Positions 12,701-26,556 of a DNA stretch of 64,000 nt are shown here, piece after piece. Origin of the DNA: Chrysomallon squamiferum (lineage: Eukaryota > Animalia > Mollusca); NCBI GenBank assembly GCA_012295275.1, contig CM022665.1, positions 22,444,001-22,508,000 on the forward strand. The letters run 5' to 3'. A program made the translations under genes and the position numbers. Each line of letters starts with the position of its first letter. Positions within the stretch are counted from its first letter, which is position 1. Under the pieces are notes generated by a model. That model ran no database searches. It was not told the origin of the DNA and was given only the letters and a program-made list of their open reading frames with translations.

Positions 12701-15700
12701 AAGATTCCATCTGTTTAATAATGCAGATCTATTTAGGTGTCTACCTTGTTCGTGTTCAAACGTGAATTTTACTCTACATTTACAAAATCTTTTTTTTAAA
12801 AATCAAAAAATCTCTTAAAGTCATTTAGTAGAACTGTTTGTTTGTCTAGCTATAAAGGGCCTACTGGCAACGAACTGGAAAACACTTTTTGAATTATAAG
12901 AGCTGATGAAAAAGACAAGTACCTGTGAATGACAATCACTTGTTTATTACAGGCCATCTCTTGTGATATACATTTTGAACTGGTTAGGTGTTATTGTCAG
13001 AAAGATAGGTGCAAGAAGAATTTTAACAGGCCAAAGGACACCATTTATTGATAAAACTTGGTTGGAAAGAGCAGATCAATGCCAGCTGTGACAAATATTT
13101 CTAAGTTGTGTTCTCTGTGTTAATCTATAAGTGCTTGTAATATTTTGAAAATTAACAAACAAAATATTGCTCAAGTTAACAGCATTAAATATATGTGCAC
13201 AAGCAGTATTTTGAAAATTAAGGAACTGAACATAACTTAAATGATATCTTCTTGTGCAGTGTTCTAAAATATGTATTAATTATATGTTTCTCTGCATGGC
13301 TATATTTTCTGTGTTCATTTCCATGTGCATGAATAATACAGAACATTAATGGATTGAACTTTGTATTAGAAAATCAAGGAACTGGACATTATTTATGTTA
13401 TGCCTCTGTTAATCTATAAGTGATTGTATTGTTTTGAACATTAAGGGATAGGACATATCTCAGGTTATATTTGCATAGTCAGAAGAATTTTCTTATTCCA
13501 TTACATCCAATGTCTGATATAAAAAGTTGTTTTTCATGTGTTTCTTACTTTTATTGCTTTAATTTCTACTGATGTTCTGTGTTAAGTTTTGTAACACAAA
13601 GGATTTTCGAATTATTTGTGGGATTTTTATAACTGTATGTTACTTTAATACGGATACAGCATGATTATTTAGCTGTGCTTCATTAACAGATAACAATATT
13701 TAGTAAAATTATTTTTAACATGATGTTTTATTATATGTATTTTATTATACTGTCATGTGTATGCATTTCTGCTGATTGCTTTAGGATTAAATTAATAAAA
13801 TAGCTTTTGATTTTCAACCCTTTTTCTTTAAACTAGCATGGTGAACTGCTTTTGATGTATTGATTTCTAACCTGTTTATTTGGTGATGTGTTCTGAAAAG
13901 TTGATACATTATGTTTAAGACAAAAAATCAGAACTTTGTGATGAATTGAAATAGTAAAACTTTGACACAGTTTGTTATTAAAAACATATGATAATTTAGT
14001 AATTCTTATTTGCTTCAGAAATGCTGTGCCAAAGAAGAAATTCTACACAACTCATGGTTGTTCTGTTTGTTCTTTTCCTTGTCTATGTGTTTGTTTCTTT
14101 TTATTTGATACATAAGACCAACAGTTCACATAAATTAACTGAAAAAGATACAGAAGATTTTAATTTTGTGATTTCTTCATCAAAAAAACATAATACTGGA
14201 ATAATGTGTAATGAACACAAAAATTTTGTTTTTATAAAATGTATGAAATGTGCTACAGAAACTCTTGGTACTGTGTTTCGCCGTTTTGGATATGTTCGTA
14301 ACTTAACATTTGTGGCTCCAATAGGAAACAAGATTTATTTGGGATGGCCTTTTCAAATGACAGAATGTGATTATAGACCTTCAAAGAGGCCTTTCAATAT
14401 CATTATGGAACATTCTATTTATAATAAGACTGTGATGGAAAAACTAATGCCTTCGGATACATCTTTTATAACTATGATCAGAGAACCATACAGTCACTTT
14501 AAATCAGTGTTCTCATACTTTAACTTGAAAACCATTACCAAAATTACTAGTAATGACCCATTTACAGAATATTTACATAATCTTGAAAAGTATGAAACTA
14601 TATACAAAAGCCATGCAGCTTCACCAACAAGATATTGTATTCCTGATAACTTTTCTGTGACGAAAAATCTGTTGTCTCATTGTATTGGGATGCCTTTAGG
14701 TTTCCCTCCTGGAAGAGAAAACATTACTTCTAATGATAGAGCTGTAGAAAAATACATTAAACAAATTGAAAAAGATTTCACTCTTGTTATGATTATGGAA
14801 TATTTCCATGAATCTTTGATTCTTCTTAGACGCCTGTTTTGTTGGTCTTTCAAGGACATTATTTACTGGAATGCAAATGTTGCAAAGTATCCCAAAAAAA
14901 ATGAACAGCCACCTAAAGAAAATGTCAGTATATATCGGAAATGGAGTGCAGTAGATTACAAACTTTATGATCATTTTAATAAAACATTTTGGCGAAAGAT
15001 TCATGAACAGAGTACAGATTTTTTTGATGAGGTTAAAATATTTGACATTGTTCAAGAAAAAGCAATAAAATATTGTACAAAGCCTGCTTCAGAGAAGCTA
15101 GTTTTCAGCAGAACTGCCTGGAATGAGCCATTCGAATTGACTGTTAAAGACTGTGACATGTTAAAACAATATTTACTGAAGCCAATTCAAAAGCGACATG
15201 ATGAAGTAGAACATAATCCTATACCTCCTACAAGGAACCCAACAGATCCATATAAACCTTTGTGTTAAAATTCTTTACTGTTAAAATATACCTTTGACAT
15301 TCTTAGATGCATCAATGTTTAATTATTTATTTTTCAATAATGGAGTTATGATGCTCTAACTTTCAGTCATTAAATGTTATAAATGTTATCAAACAGTATT
15401 AGTCATAATATTATATAGCAAATTATAATATGTAGTTATTACCTTTTAATACTTTATGTATTAATTTATAAATGCAAATAACATATTAAGGATAATATTT
15501 AAGTAATCTCCATTTTAAAATATACAAACATGCATCATGTATATTTTAAAATGGAGATTACTTAAATATTATCCTTAATATGTTATTTGCATTTATAAAT
15601 TAATACATAAAGTATTAAAAGGTAATAACTACATATTATAATTTGCTATATAATATTATAGTGTTTTACAACACATTAATAAATTATATAATATTTTATT

Positions 15701-18700
15701 ATTGTTTATTATTTTTATGAAAAAACATTAAAAAAACATCATAAAATGAACTGTAATGTATACGAATAGTCAGCTTGTTTACAAGAATCAGTGTTTATTT
15801 AATCTTGATGAAGATTTTAATTTATATTCAGTAACATATCTCAACTATATGTGCATGTTGCTATTAGTTGAAATGATTATGTGGTTTCATAAATACAGTC
15901 TATGTTTGTTTAATTGTATTAAAGGCTTTTTATTCTTGAATCAATAATGTAAAGTTAGTAATTCTGATTTATTAAAAATACACAAAGAGCACAAGGTAAT
16001 TAATTACTTTACAGGGCTCCTGAAATAACAAAGCATTAGTTGATGTGGCTTCATTATAATAATTTTGTTTTATCAAAATATCTGAATAACAGTGTATTTC
16101 ATTGAACCCATTTAAAAAAAACAAAAAAACACCAAATTTCGGAGACAAAATTTTATTCCATTTCATTTGATATGAAAATAATGAGGAAAAAAAAAGATAG
16201 AATTATATACTCTTGACACATATGTGGAGCAACAACAGGATAAAATTTAACAATTTATAGTCAACTTAACTTCATTTCTAGGTTACATTAGATCAGAAAA
16301 TTTTGAATTTACTGAGTTGGTCCTGCTACCTAGATAAGCTATATATCAGTGTTTGATTGCTGGTCTGTGGAGAAACGTGTTTGATCAGTTATACTTGGTG
16401 CTCTCCATACAGATTATATATATATACAAAATATAAATAAAAACTTTGTATATACTTTCCTGTTTATAAGAAAATCCATATCAAATATCTTGCTCTTAAG
16501 GAGAAAAAAAACATAACCTATATGTATGACACTGTGTGAATGAAGATTAAACATGTGTTGAGTGTATCATTAATTAATAAAACATTTCTACTTCCTTTCC
16601 ACTGACACAAGGACATAATATCTACTTAGCCTTCAGAAGAAAACTCCAAGGTGGGCATGGGCTGGATTATTATTTGTTATATTCTTAGTCTAGCTGCAGT
16701 AATATGTGTCTGTGACTAAAACTGGTTAAGACATTCAGTCAGATTAAAACCATTCATATTCAGTAATCACAATTTACAACTAGGTGAGAAAAAACCTATA
16801 ACCCTTATACAGCAACCAAACACTTGGCCAGAAAACCTGATATCTTGGTCATCTACTTAAATATGAATTGACTCATTTGGCAGGTTAACTGTAATAGATT
16901 AAAAAAAACCCTAAACATAATTTTGAAGTGGCAATAAAATGTAATAAAAAATATAGAAGTGAAACAAACATTTTTCACCAGAACAAGGAAATGCTAACTT
17001 ACTGATATTGATTAAGGTATTTGAAACTAATATTTTAATAACTGTTTTGAATGAGTATTTTAACCACAGTATACTACTGTGATCAGTATTTTGTTGACTA
17101 AAAATATTTATTGAATTCATATGTACAACTTAAAAACATTGTATACACTTTTACCTTTAATAAAATCTCACTTATATTGCTTTCACACCTGATAAAATTT
17201 TGTTGTTGTTTGTCTCCTCATAAATAAGGCTTACTTTTTGTTCTATTAAAGACATTTAAAAAATACTGTACCAGCTGTTGGCCTTGATGTCATTAATGTA
17301 CATCAAATTAAGAATGTACTAACGTGATCCTTCTTATTTTTAATATTCCAAACTTTCTTCCTTCATACTGTTGGATTTAAAGGAGCAGGTGATTCAGACT
17401 TAGATATCAATTTCTTTTAACTGTTGACAGTGGGATAAAGAAATTACATATTTTATCATTGTTTATGTAACTGAGTTTGACAGGGTAAAAAAGGAACTAA
17501 TTTTTTAGCAAGATTCTACTGTGTGTATGAGATATAGTCAGTGAATTTGCATTCAGTGAAAATGTACTTATTCAGAAGAAGGTTTTCACACATTATAGTT
17601 AGTGTGTTTTTCCTTTGTTCATTCTATCTCGGTTTTTTTTTTCTTCTTCTTCAACAAACTAATGTTTCATACAAGAAATATGCAAACAAAAATGAAACTT
17701 TGATTTTAACTACACAAGTAAGCAGCACTACTGTAAGATCTTGTAAAGAGCAAACTAAATTTGTTTTTATAAAATGTATGAAGTGTGCTACAGAAACTCT
17801 TGGTACTGTGTTTCGCCGTTTTGGAAATGTTCGTAACTTAACATTTGTGGCTCCAATAGGAAACAAAATTTATTTGGGATGGCCTTTTCAAATGACAGAA
17901 TGTGATTATAGACCTTCAAAGAGGCCATTCAATATCATTATGGAACATTCTATTTATAATAAGACTGTGATGGAAAAACTGATGCCTTCGGATACATCTT
18001 ATATAACTATAATCAGAGAACCATTAAGTCATGTCAGATCAGTTTTTATCTATTTTAATTTGAAAAAACATGCCAAAGTGACAGGTAGTGATCCATTTAC
18101 AGAATATTTACATAATCTTGAAAAGTATGAAGCTATATACAAAAGCCATGCAGCTTCACCAACAAGATATTGTATTCCTGACAACTTTTCTTTAACTAAA
18201 AATCTGTTGTCTCATTGTATTGGGATGCCTTTAGGTTTCCCTGCAGGATCATCAAATATTACTTCTGATGAAGCAGCCATAGAAAAATATATTAAACAAA
18301 TTGACAAAGATTTTACACTTGTAATGATAATAGAACATTTTCATGAATCTTTGATTCTTCTTAAGCGTCTGTTGTGTTGGTCCTTCAAGGACATTATTTA
18401 CTGGAATGCAAATATTGCAAATTATGGCCAGAAATTTGACCCACCTTCTAAAGAGAATGAAAAAATATATCTGAAGTGGAGTACAGTGGACTACAAACTC
18501 TATGAATATTTTAATAAAACATTTTGGCAGAAGATTCATGCTCAGAGCTCAGATTTCTTTGATGAGGTTCAGATATTCACAGAAATTCAAGAAAAAACAG
18601 CAATGTTCTGTGCAAATCCTACATCAGAGAAAGTTGTATTCAGTAAAACATTGTGGAGTGAGCAGTTTGATTTTACCAAGAATGAGTGTAGAATATTTAG

Positions 18701-21700
18701 AATAAGCATTTTGCAAAAAATTCAAAAGCAACACGATGAACTGGAAAATTACCCTGTTGCTCCTACAAGAAAACCTGGGGATCCAAATGTACCCTTATGT
18801 TAACAGAACTGATATTTCAAGTGAATTAAATAGATTAAATAAACTGTTATTAGTTATTTTACTGTTTAGATATAATAAAATATAAATCGTAGTCTTAAAG
18901 CATTCAAATAAAACAACATTTTATGAACTTTAAAGAAAAAGAAAACAAAATTTAATTTTTTTATTAATATTGGATTTTTAAAATAATAAAGGTGTCATTT
19001 TATAATATATTTCTGAATGATTGTACATTATCTATTGTTATTAACACATTTCTACAGTGATATGTAGATTGTTAATATTAACCACTTTAATACTTCCTAA
19101 AATGTAATATATTTTTATCACAAAATTTTCTTGACAGCTTTTCATATTATAGTGACATGATAGTTCCATTGTGACATTTGTTAATTAATTTAGGAAAACA
19201 TTTTATTAGATATCTAGAATCTGACATGGGTTAGATCACAGTTTAAATATTAAAACCATGACAGTTCAGCATGGTTTGTGGTCAGATAATTCTAAACTGT
19301 GGTGTGTTAAACAGTGTATTTAACTAGTGAAACAGTTAAAATATAAATTTTAACTGAATTTCAGAGATAGTATTTGTCCACAGGTCTTGTTCACATGGTT
19401 GAAATTCCATTATTTGACATGATGAAAAAATTTATCTTTTTATTCAGACAAGTAATATTTGTCTTACTTTTGTTTCTTGTGTTTTTGTTGTGTGTATTTC
19501 TTGCTTTATGGATGCATTCAAGTTTCTGTTATTCAACTGTAACTCTTCAACCAGAGAAAATATTATTAGATGATTCGAAGGTAACAGTCCATCTTGATTC
19601 TGTTGATGATTCCAATTTTGATCATAGGGATCCATGTGAAAAGGAGAGGCACAATTTTGTGTTCATCAAATGCATGAAATGTGCTACTGAAAGTCTTGGA
19701 ACCATGTTCAGAAAGTTTGGCTATGATCGTAACCTTTCTTTTGTATTGCCAATAAAGAAAAACATCTGGCTTGGCTGGCCTTACCTTTTATCCAGAAATG
19801 ACATCAGACCATCTATTCATAACTACAATATACTCATGGAACATTCAGTTTACAGCAAGTCATTCCTTCATAAGGTCATGCCAGAAAACACTGTTTATAT
19901 CTCAAGCATACGTGAACCATTCCAGCATTTTCTGTCCACCTGTAATTATTTTGATCTCCCTTACAACACAGAGAAGAATTCATTTACTGGCAGAATTAAA
20001 GATTATCTTGAAAATTACAAATATTATGAATCAGTGTACAAAACTGAAGAATCAGCCTCTTTCAGAAAATGGTGTCCTGGAGATGGATTTTCTATTACCC
20101 AGAATGTTCAGTCTCACTGTCTGGGTATGCCTCTTGGATTTCCTCCTGGAAGAAAGGACATTTCTGAGGAAGTGGCTGCCATCGGAGAGTACCTAAAAGA
20201 ACTAGACAAACATTTCATACTGGTTATCATTGTTGAATACTTACATGAATCACTGGTTTTACTGAGGAGACTTATGTGCTGGAGCCTCAAAGACATCATA
20301 TACAATCCTGTAAATAAAGGATCATATGACAAGTCATCATCCAAAACAAAAGAAAACATCAATCTTCATAAAAATATCAGTAAAATAGATTATTTACTTT
20401 ATGATCATTTTAATGCTACATTCTGGGACAAAGTTAAAAATCAGGATGATGATTTCTATGATGAGGTTGCTTTTTTTACTAGAATTATCAGTCAGGTTAC
20501 CTCATTCTGCCATTTTTCTTCTTATAACATTTCCTCCATTGCTTTTCCTCAGTCAAAATGGAGTTCTGCATTTTTTGTTTCTACAGTTGATTGCAAGCTA
20601 CAGCATCAGTATTTACTAATTAATCTGAAAGAAAGATATGACAAAGGTGAAGGGCATTTACATGTTCCCATTGATGAAACTGAAGTGGTTCTGAGACATT
20701 GTTAAAGTATTTTTAAAGTATCTTTAAAATAGACATCAACAGATAGAGAACTTCTAATATTAACTTAAATCACACATTTTATGAAATTAATATTTGTTTT
20801 AAATAAAGTCCAACAAGATCTGTATCTTAGGAAACATTTCCTTAAATTATCACAATCTACTGATCTAACTTCATTTTAAAATTATCAGTGCAAAAACAGT
20901 TTTACCTGTTGGGTATTTTTCATCATTATAGTTTGTATGATTTCTTTAAAAGCATTTCTAAAATCTGTCAAAATTTTTATGAAAAGATGTTTGTTTTATG
21001 AGTCAAATATTAATCTAAGATAATTATCCACAGTTAAAAAAGAAAATAACTTGAGAACCTACACATACTCCCCAATATGTATAAAATGTTTCAAATAAAA
21101 TAAATCTGCTGAATTACTGTTGTAGTTGTTTATAAATCAAAAAATATTGTTATTCAATAGTATCTCTAAATTATTATTCTGCATGATTTTGTTTATCCAT
21201 GATATTAAATTTCATTAAATATAATATTATGACTAGAAGTATTCTTGTAAGATTTAATATAAACAATTTTACCATTGCAATAAATAATGTTTATATTACC
21301 CAAATAAAAAATATGATAAAGTGTATCTTCAGTGGCACAAAGAGAAAGAAAAATATTCTTCAGAGTGATTATTTTGTTTACCACGACCAGTCTTTGCTAA
21401 TAATAAATTACAACAGTAACATTTATTATTTTTATTAATAAATAAAGAAATAATGAAAGAATAAATATATATTTAAGGATCCATTAGTAAATGGCATGTC
21501 TTTTTCTACTAAATTATCATATTTAAGATTGTCTGCCTGTGACATGAAATCTCTATTTGAAGTACATCATGCATGAAAAAGGTTTTAAAACTGGGAGGTC
21601 AGCAGTTTTGCTAATCATCTGTCTTAATTTTTTTTATCTGGTATCTCAGTAGCCTTACTGAGGATAAGTATTTATATGTAACTAGCTGACAACAATGGCA

Positions 21701-21860
21701 CACATATATTTCTATTTATTTTATTTGCACTATGGTAATTTCACTGTAATAAAACAGTCATGTTCATTTTTAAATATCTTTAGATTTTTTAAAAATATTT
21801 ATTTTCATTTTTCTTTTTGGATTAAAACATTTTAATTAAATACAGTTTTAATGTATTCAG

Positions 21861-21896
<36 letters not shown>

Positions 21897-24800
21897 TTCT
21901 TCTAATTTTTCTTCATATTATTGTTGTTTATTTTTATTATTTCTCCTGTTTTCTTTTTATTTAAAATTAATCATTTATTTTCTGCATTTTGAAAACAGGT
22001 GTTTATCACATAAAACTCAACCCTGAATTTTTTATTGACCATGTGTTTCAAGTTGCTACTGAACTTGATTTATAAAGTGCTTTCTTATCAGCTTTAGATT
22101 TAAAAAATGGAGAGGCCACACCAGAATTCTCTGGAAGATCAAAATCCATTGCTTTGTTTTTATCTAACTTTTCCTGATTATAATGCATCACTACAGTTAA
22201 CATGGACAGCACCATGTAGAGAGATCCAGTGAAATGTCCCTCTACATTTTTTGTCGTTTCTTGTTTTCTTTTTCTTCTTTACATTGAAATCAACTGTATT
22301 TTGAAAATTTTATCCAGCATGATGATAATGCCTGCCAATTAATTTCTGAAATCCTGAATCCTTCCCTGATTACAATCAACTTAATCCATTTATTTATTCA
22401 TAACATTAATTTTACCAATGTTTTCCTTTATTTTTGTTTGTTTTTAAAACATGCATTCAAAATAAATTGAAAAAAAATTAAATCATATCTAATAATAAAT
22501 CTGTTAATTATATCTAAGTATAAATATTATTTGTTATAATGTAAGTAATAATAAAGAACAAAATGAAAAGCAGTTTTTAAATTTATTTCATTAACCTTCA
22601 GATATTACTTTGGCAAGATTGTTTTTGTCAACAGCTGTTATAATAAAGAATAATATAATTACTTAATATAAATGTTTGAAACAAAGTAACAATTTCACCA
22701 TTGGTGGTAATGATTTATTATTATTATTATTATTTTATATTAATATTATTATTATTATTTTAAATCCTATATTTTTTCACATGAAAACAGTTTTCTTTAT
22801 TTGTTTTGTATTGCCTTACTGTGTTAGCAGGTTGTCAAGGTTCTGTTGTCTAGTTTTGTTTTGGTTACAGAGTCCAGTAAACAAAATCCATTGACACTTT
22901 TTCCATTGTTATTCTTTTCACTATGTCATGATATAGAAGTTATCAAGCAGTTGTTGATATAAAGTGGAAAATTCATCTTTTGGTTTCTTTCTTTTTAGAC
23001 AAAAAATGTATTTATTTGTGTATTTATTTAGTTAGTAGTAATTGTGGCAGCATTAGGAATATTTTTTTTAAATTACATATTTTCATGTACAAGAACACAA
23101 TACATTTAAAAAAAAAAAATCAACAAACATCCCCTTTCCATCAATATTCTCTTTCATGCTGTATCAGTAGGATTGCACATACCACAGACATATATATTGT
23201 TTTTGTTGTATACTTGTGTGTTGCAGTCAGCAGCTGATATGCTTCAAAAACCAACTGAACTTTTCACACTGAGCTGAAACACATGATGGAATATAATTTC
23301 CTATCAGCATTTCATCATGATGACTGTGAAATAAATCTACAATATCAATTCACAGCTGCTATGATTATTGTTCTGTAAGTGCTGCAGCCATTTTCTTTAC
23401 CTTTTACTTATGTTAATTAAAGAGACAGCCAGGTTGTGCTATATATTGATGTGAGTTAGAAGAAACACTGGTGTTCAGATGGTTTTTATTGATTATGTTA
23501 ATGTTGACAGGTATAGCTGTTTGGTATGCACAGCCAGTTAATGATTGTACTGGTACAAGATAACAGTTACCGTAGTTTGTGTGTTAAATGATGGTTTAAA
23601 AAATTGCAAATAAATAAACTGATTAGAAATAAATAAAATATATAAATAAAAAAGGTGTCAGTGAATACAAACATAAAGCTGTCTTCATATCATTGGATTC
23701 TTTGATTGTCTGTTCCCCACAAAAAGGACAGATGATTGGTATACTGACATGTTTAATTTTTAGTTATTACAAAAGGATATAAAATAGTTACTGTACATTG
23801 TTTGGAAATAAAACTTCCACCATTTGGTCAGAATGACCTAACTGAGTGAGAACTTATGTCCACAGCAACTGCATTTGAATATTTATATGATGTAAATCAT
23901 GGCAAAAATTGCACTTTTAATTTTAATTTTCAGTCGGAAACTACAATGAATGAAGATTCTTGTACATGTGTTTGTGTGATTTTTTATTTTTTACCCTCCA
24001 TTTTTTTTTTTTTTTTTTTTTTTTTCATTTCTGTGCATATATTTCTATATTTTGTATACAGGGATTTTCATGCAGCATGTATGAAATATAAATGTTACTG
24101 AATATTATTTTATATTGTACTGAATGTGATTATATGTCACTATAGAAAATTTATAGTATATTAATCTGTGAAAGCCTGTAAAAATTAATATGGAAATGAA
24201 ACAGTATTTTGTTAGCTTACACACAACTTTAATGATATGCATAAATTATTATTATACTTTATATTTTTTATTATTTTAATTTATTTTGCTATTGTTATTA
24301 TTTTATTTTAATTTTGTTACTATTATTATTTTATTTTAATTTTTGTTACTATTGTTATTATTATTTATTTATGTATTTCATGATGTAAATAAAAAAGTAC
24401 TATAAATAGTAACATAAAATGATATATGTTGAACTGAAATGTGTTTATTTAACAGAACAAATACGGTAAAAATACCTGTAAACATGATTGTTGGTTTTGT
24501 AGTAAATTTTCTACATTTTAAAAAAAAAACCACTACAAGGTTTTGATTAACTGTCTAAATAAACCACATGCACTGTAAAAGTAAAAAGGATTCCAGGGAA
24601 TATATCGATGTAGGTATTGGTTTATAAAAATAGTGTGCACATGTATTTTGCTTGCACATACATGTAGGCCTGTATGAATTTGGACATACATGAATTATTT
24701 ATAGGCAAAGTAAATTTGACAATATTTATCAAATATTTAATAAATAATTGCAAATATGTAATATTTATCAATTTTAAAACAGCAGCAGCTCATGTAGTAT

Positions 24801-26524
24801 CACCAGTAATTTATAATAAGTCGTTGTTAAACATTCATTCATTTGTATGTAATTTATTAATATGTTATATGCTTCAGGGCCAGTCTTCTGTTTATGGTTT
24901 ATTATCATGCACAGTGTTTTTTATTAGTAGGACTTATGGTGTCAATAAATAACATTATTAACATTATTAGTGGGTCATTCATGTACATACTGACTTGCAT
25001 GAAAGTAGATGTTTTGTATGAAAATAATTATTATGGCTGTGGTATCAGTTTAGACACTGGAAACAATATGACTGATCATTACCACCTATAACTAAGAGAA
25101 AATTCAAACAGATATTAATGGCTATTAAGACAGAATATTGGTTGTAACAGTAATGAGCTAAATAAATAAAAATTGGAAAATCCCCTAAAGGACAAAACAG
25201 TTTTCTGGAACATATTGTTATCAGGATTAGATTATTCTGGTCTCTTTTAATTGTTGATAAATTAAATATTTCACAGGGCACAAATAATATTTCTTACCTA
25301 CAAACAAAGAAACAACAAAGAAAAACTATATATAACACTGATATGTAATTGTTTAAAATATATAAATGATAAAAAGAATATTATTTATAATATTAATCAC
25401 TGAATTAATTTTACTGTATGGTGTTTATGCTTCATAGGAAGGAATGCTTTAATCATTAATATAATACTTCTGTTTTCTTGCAGGGAGATGAATCACAAGT
25501 TAAAAAGGCAAAGAAAGAATATTACAACAAAGATGGTGAAACTTATGAAGCAGAAGGTATTAGTTTTGCTGTTTCTTCTCTTCTTCATTCACTTTCAATT
25601 TTATCAACTCCTTCTTGTTGTATCTCACTTTCTGTTTTCATTTCAGTCTTAGTTTCTCTCTGTATCTTTTTTGCTCTCTTAGTGTTTGTCTTCCCATGTA
25701 TTTGTATGTATATGTGTGCATGTTTATATAGACTACTGTATATAAACATTATTATCCCTTAAATTGCTTATTAAAGTTATCCTCTTTATTTAAATATGTC
25801 TCAGTCATCATGAAGCTTGAATTTGAGAAATATCCCATTCTTTTACAAAGAATCATACATCATCATCTTTTTTTTTGAATTTATTTAAATGTTTGTGGGG
25901 TTTTATTTTAGTATGTCTAGTGTGTACAGATCATGGAAATCCGAAATAAGCATGCATATAATTGTAATTGATTCATATTATGAAATGAATTATATTAATT
26001 GTTTTTTAAATATCATCAAAAATGTCAAAGAAATATGCATATGTCACAGTTTATAAATCAGTGAAGCCTTAGATTCCATATCACACATATAAATAATAAA
26101 AAAACATTCATACATATACAACTACCCATCTTGTAGGTCAGCTGAGCACACCACAGTCAGAGTCAAACATGCAGACAGGAGCTCAGAAGTTAGAAGAGAT
26201 TTGGAAAAAACTTGGCTTTTCAGAGAATTCATCTATTGATATCAAGCAGTTTGCAAAATTCTCACAATATGTTGATATTGGTGATGATGAGGTACATGAT
26301 ATGATGGTTTAATAAAATTAAATTCTAATTCTAAAAATTTTAATTCTTTTTCAAAAACTGTTACTGTTAATAAAATAATTTTATTTCTCTACATGCAGTT
26401 ATCAAAAATAATTTATTTCTGTTCCTCTGAAGTCATGAAAATATTAATGGTTATTTTTCATTTCCATGCTTACAAAATAATGATAATTTTATATTTCTTG
26501 ATAGCAGCATTAAGATTAATGATT

Positions 26525-26556
<32 letters not shown>

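Noticed and set aside
14101-20619. Antisense and alternate-frame ORFs overlapping the sulfotransferases
   Set aside because: Shadow ORFs; they recur only because the sense genes are paralogs.
21999-23374. Exon-like segments at ~21999-22230 and ~23227-23374 as missing ninein N-terminal exons
   Set aside because: In-frame stops, no ninein motifs, and the 23374 donor phase does not fit exon 25484. They could still be UTR exons.
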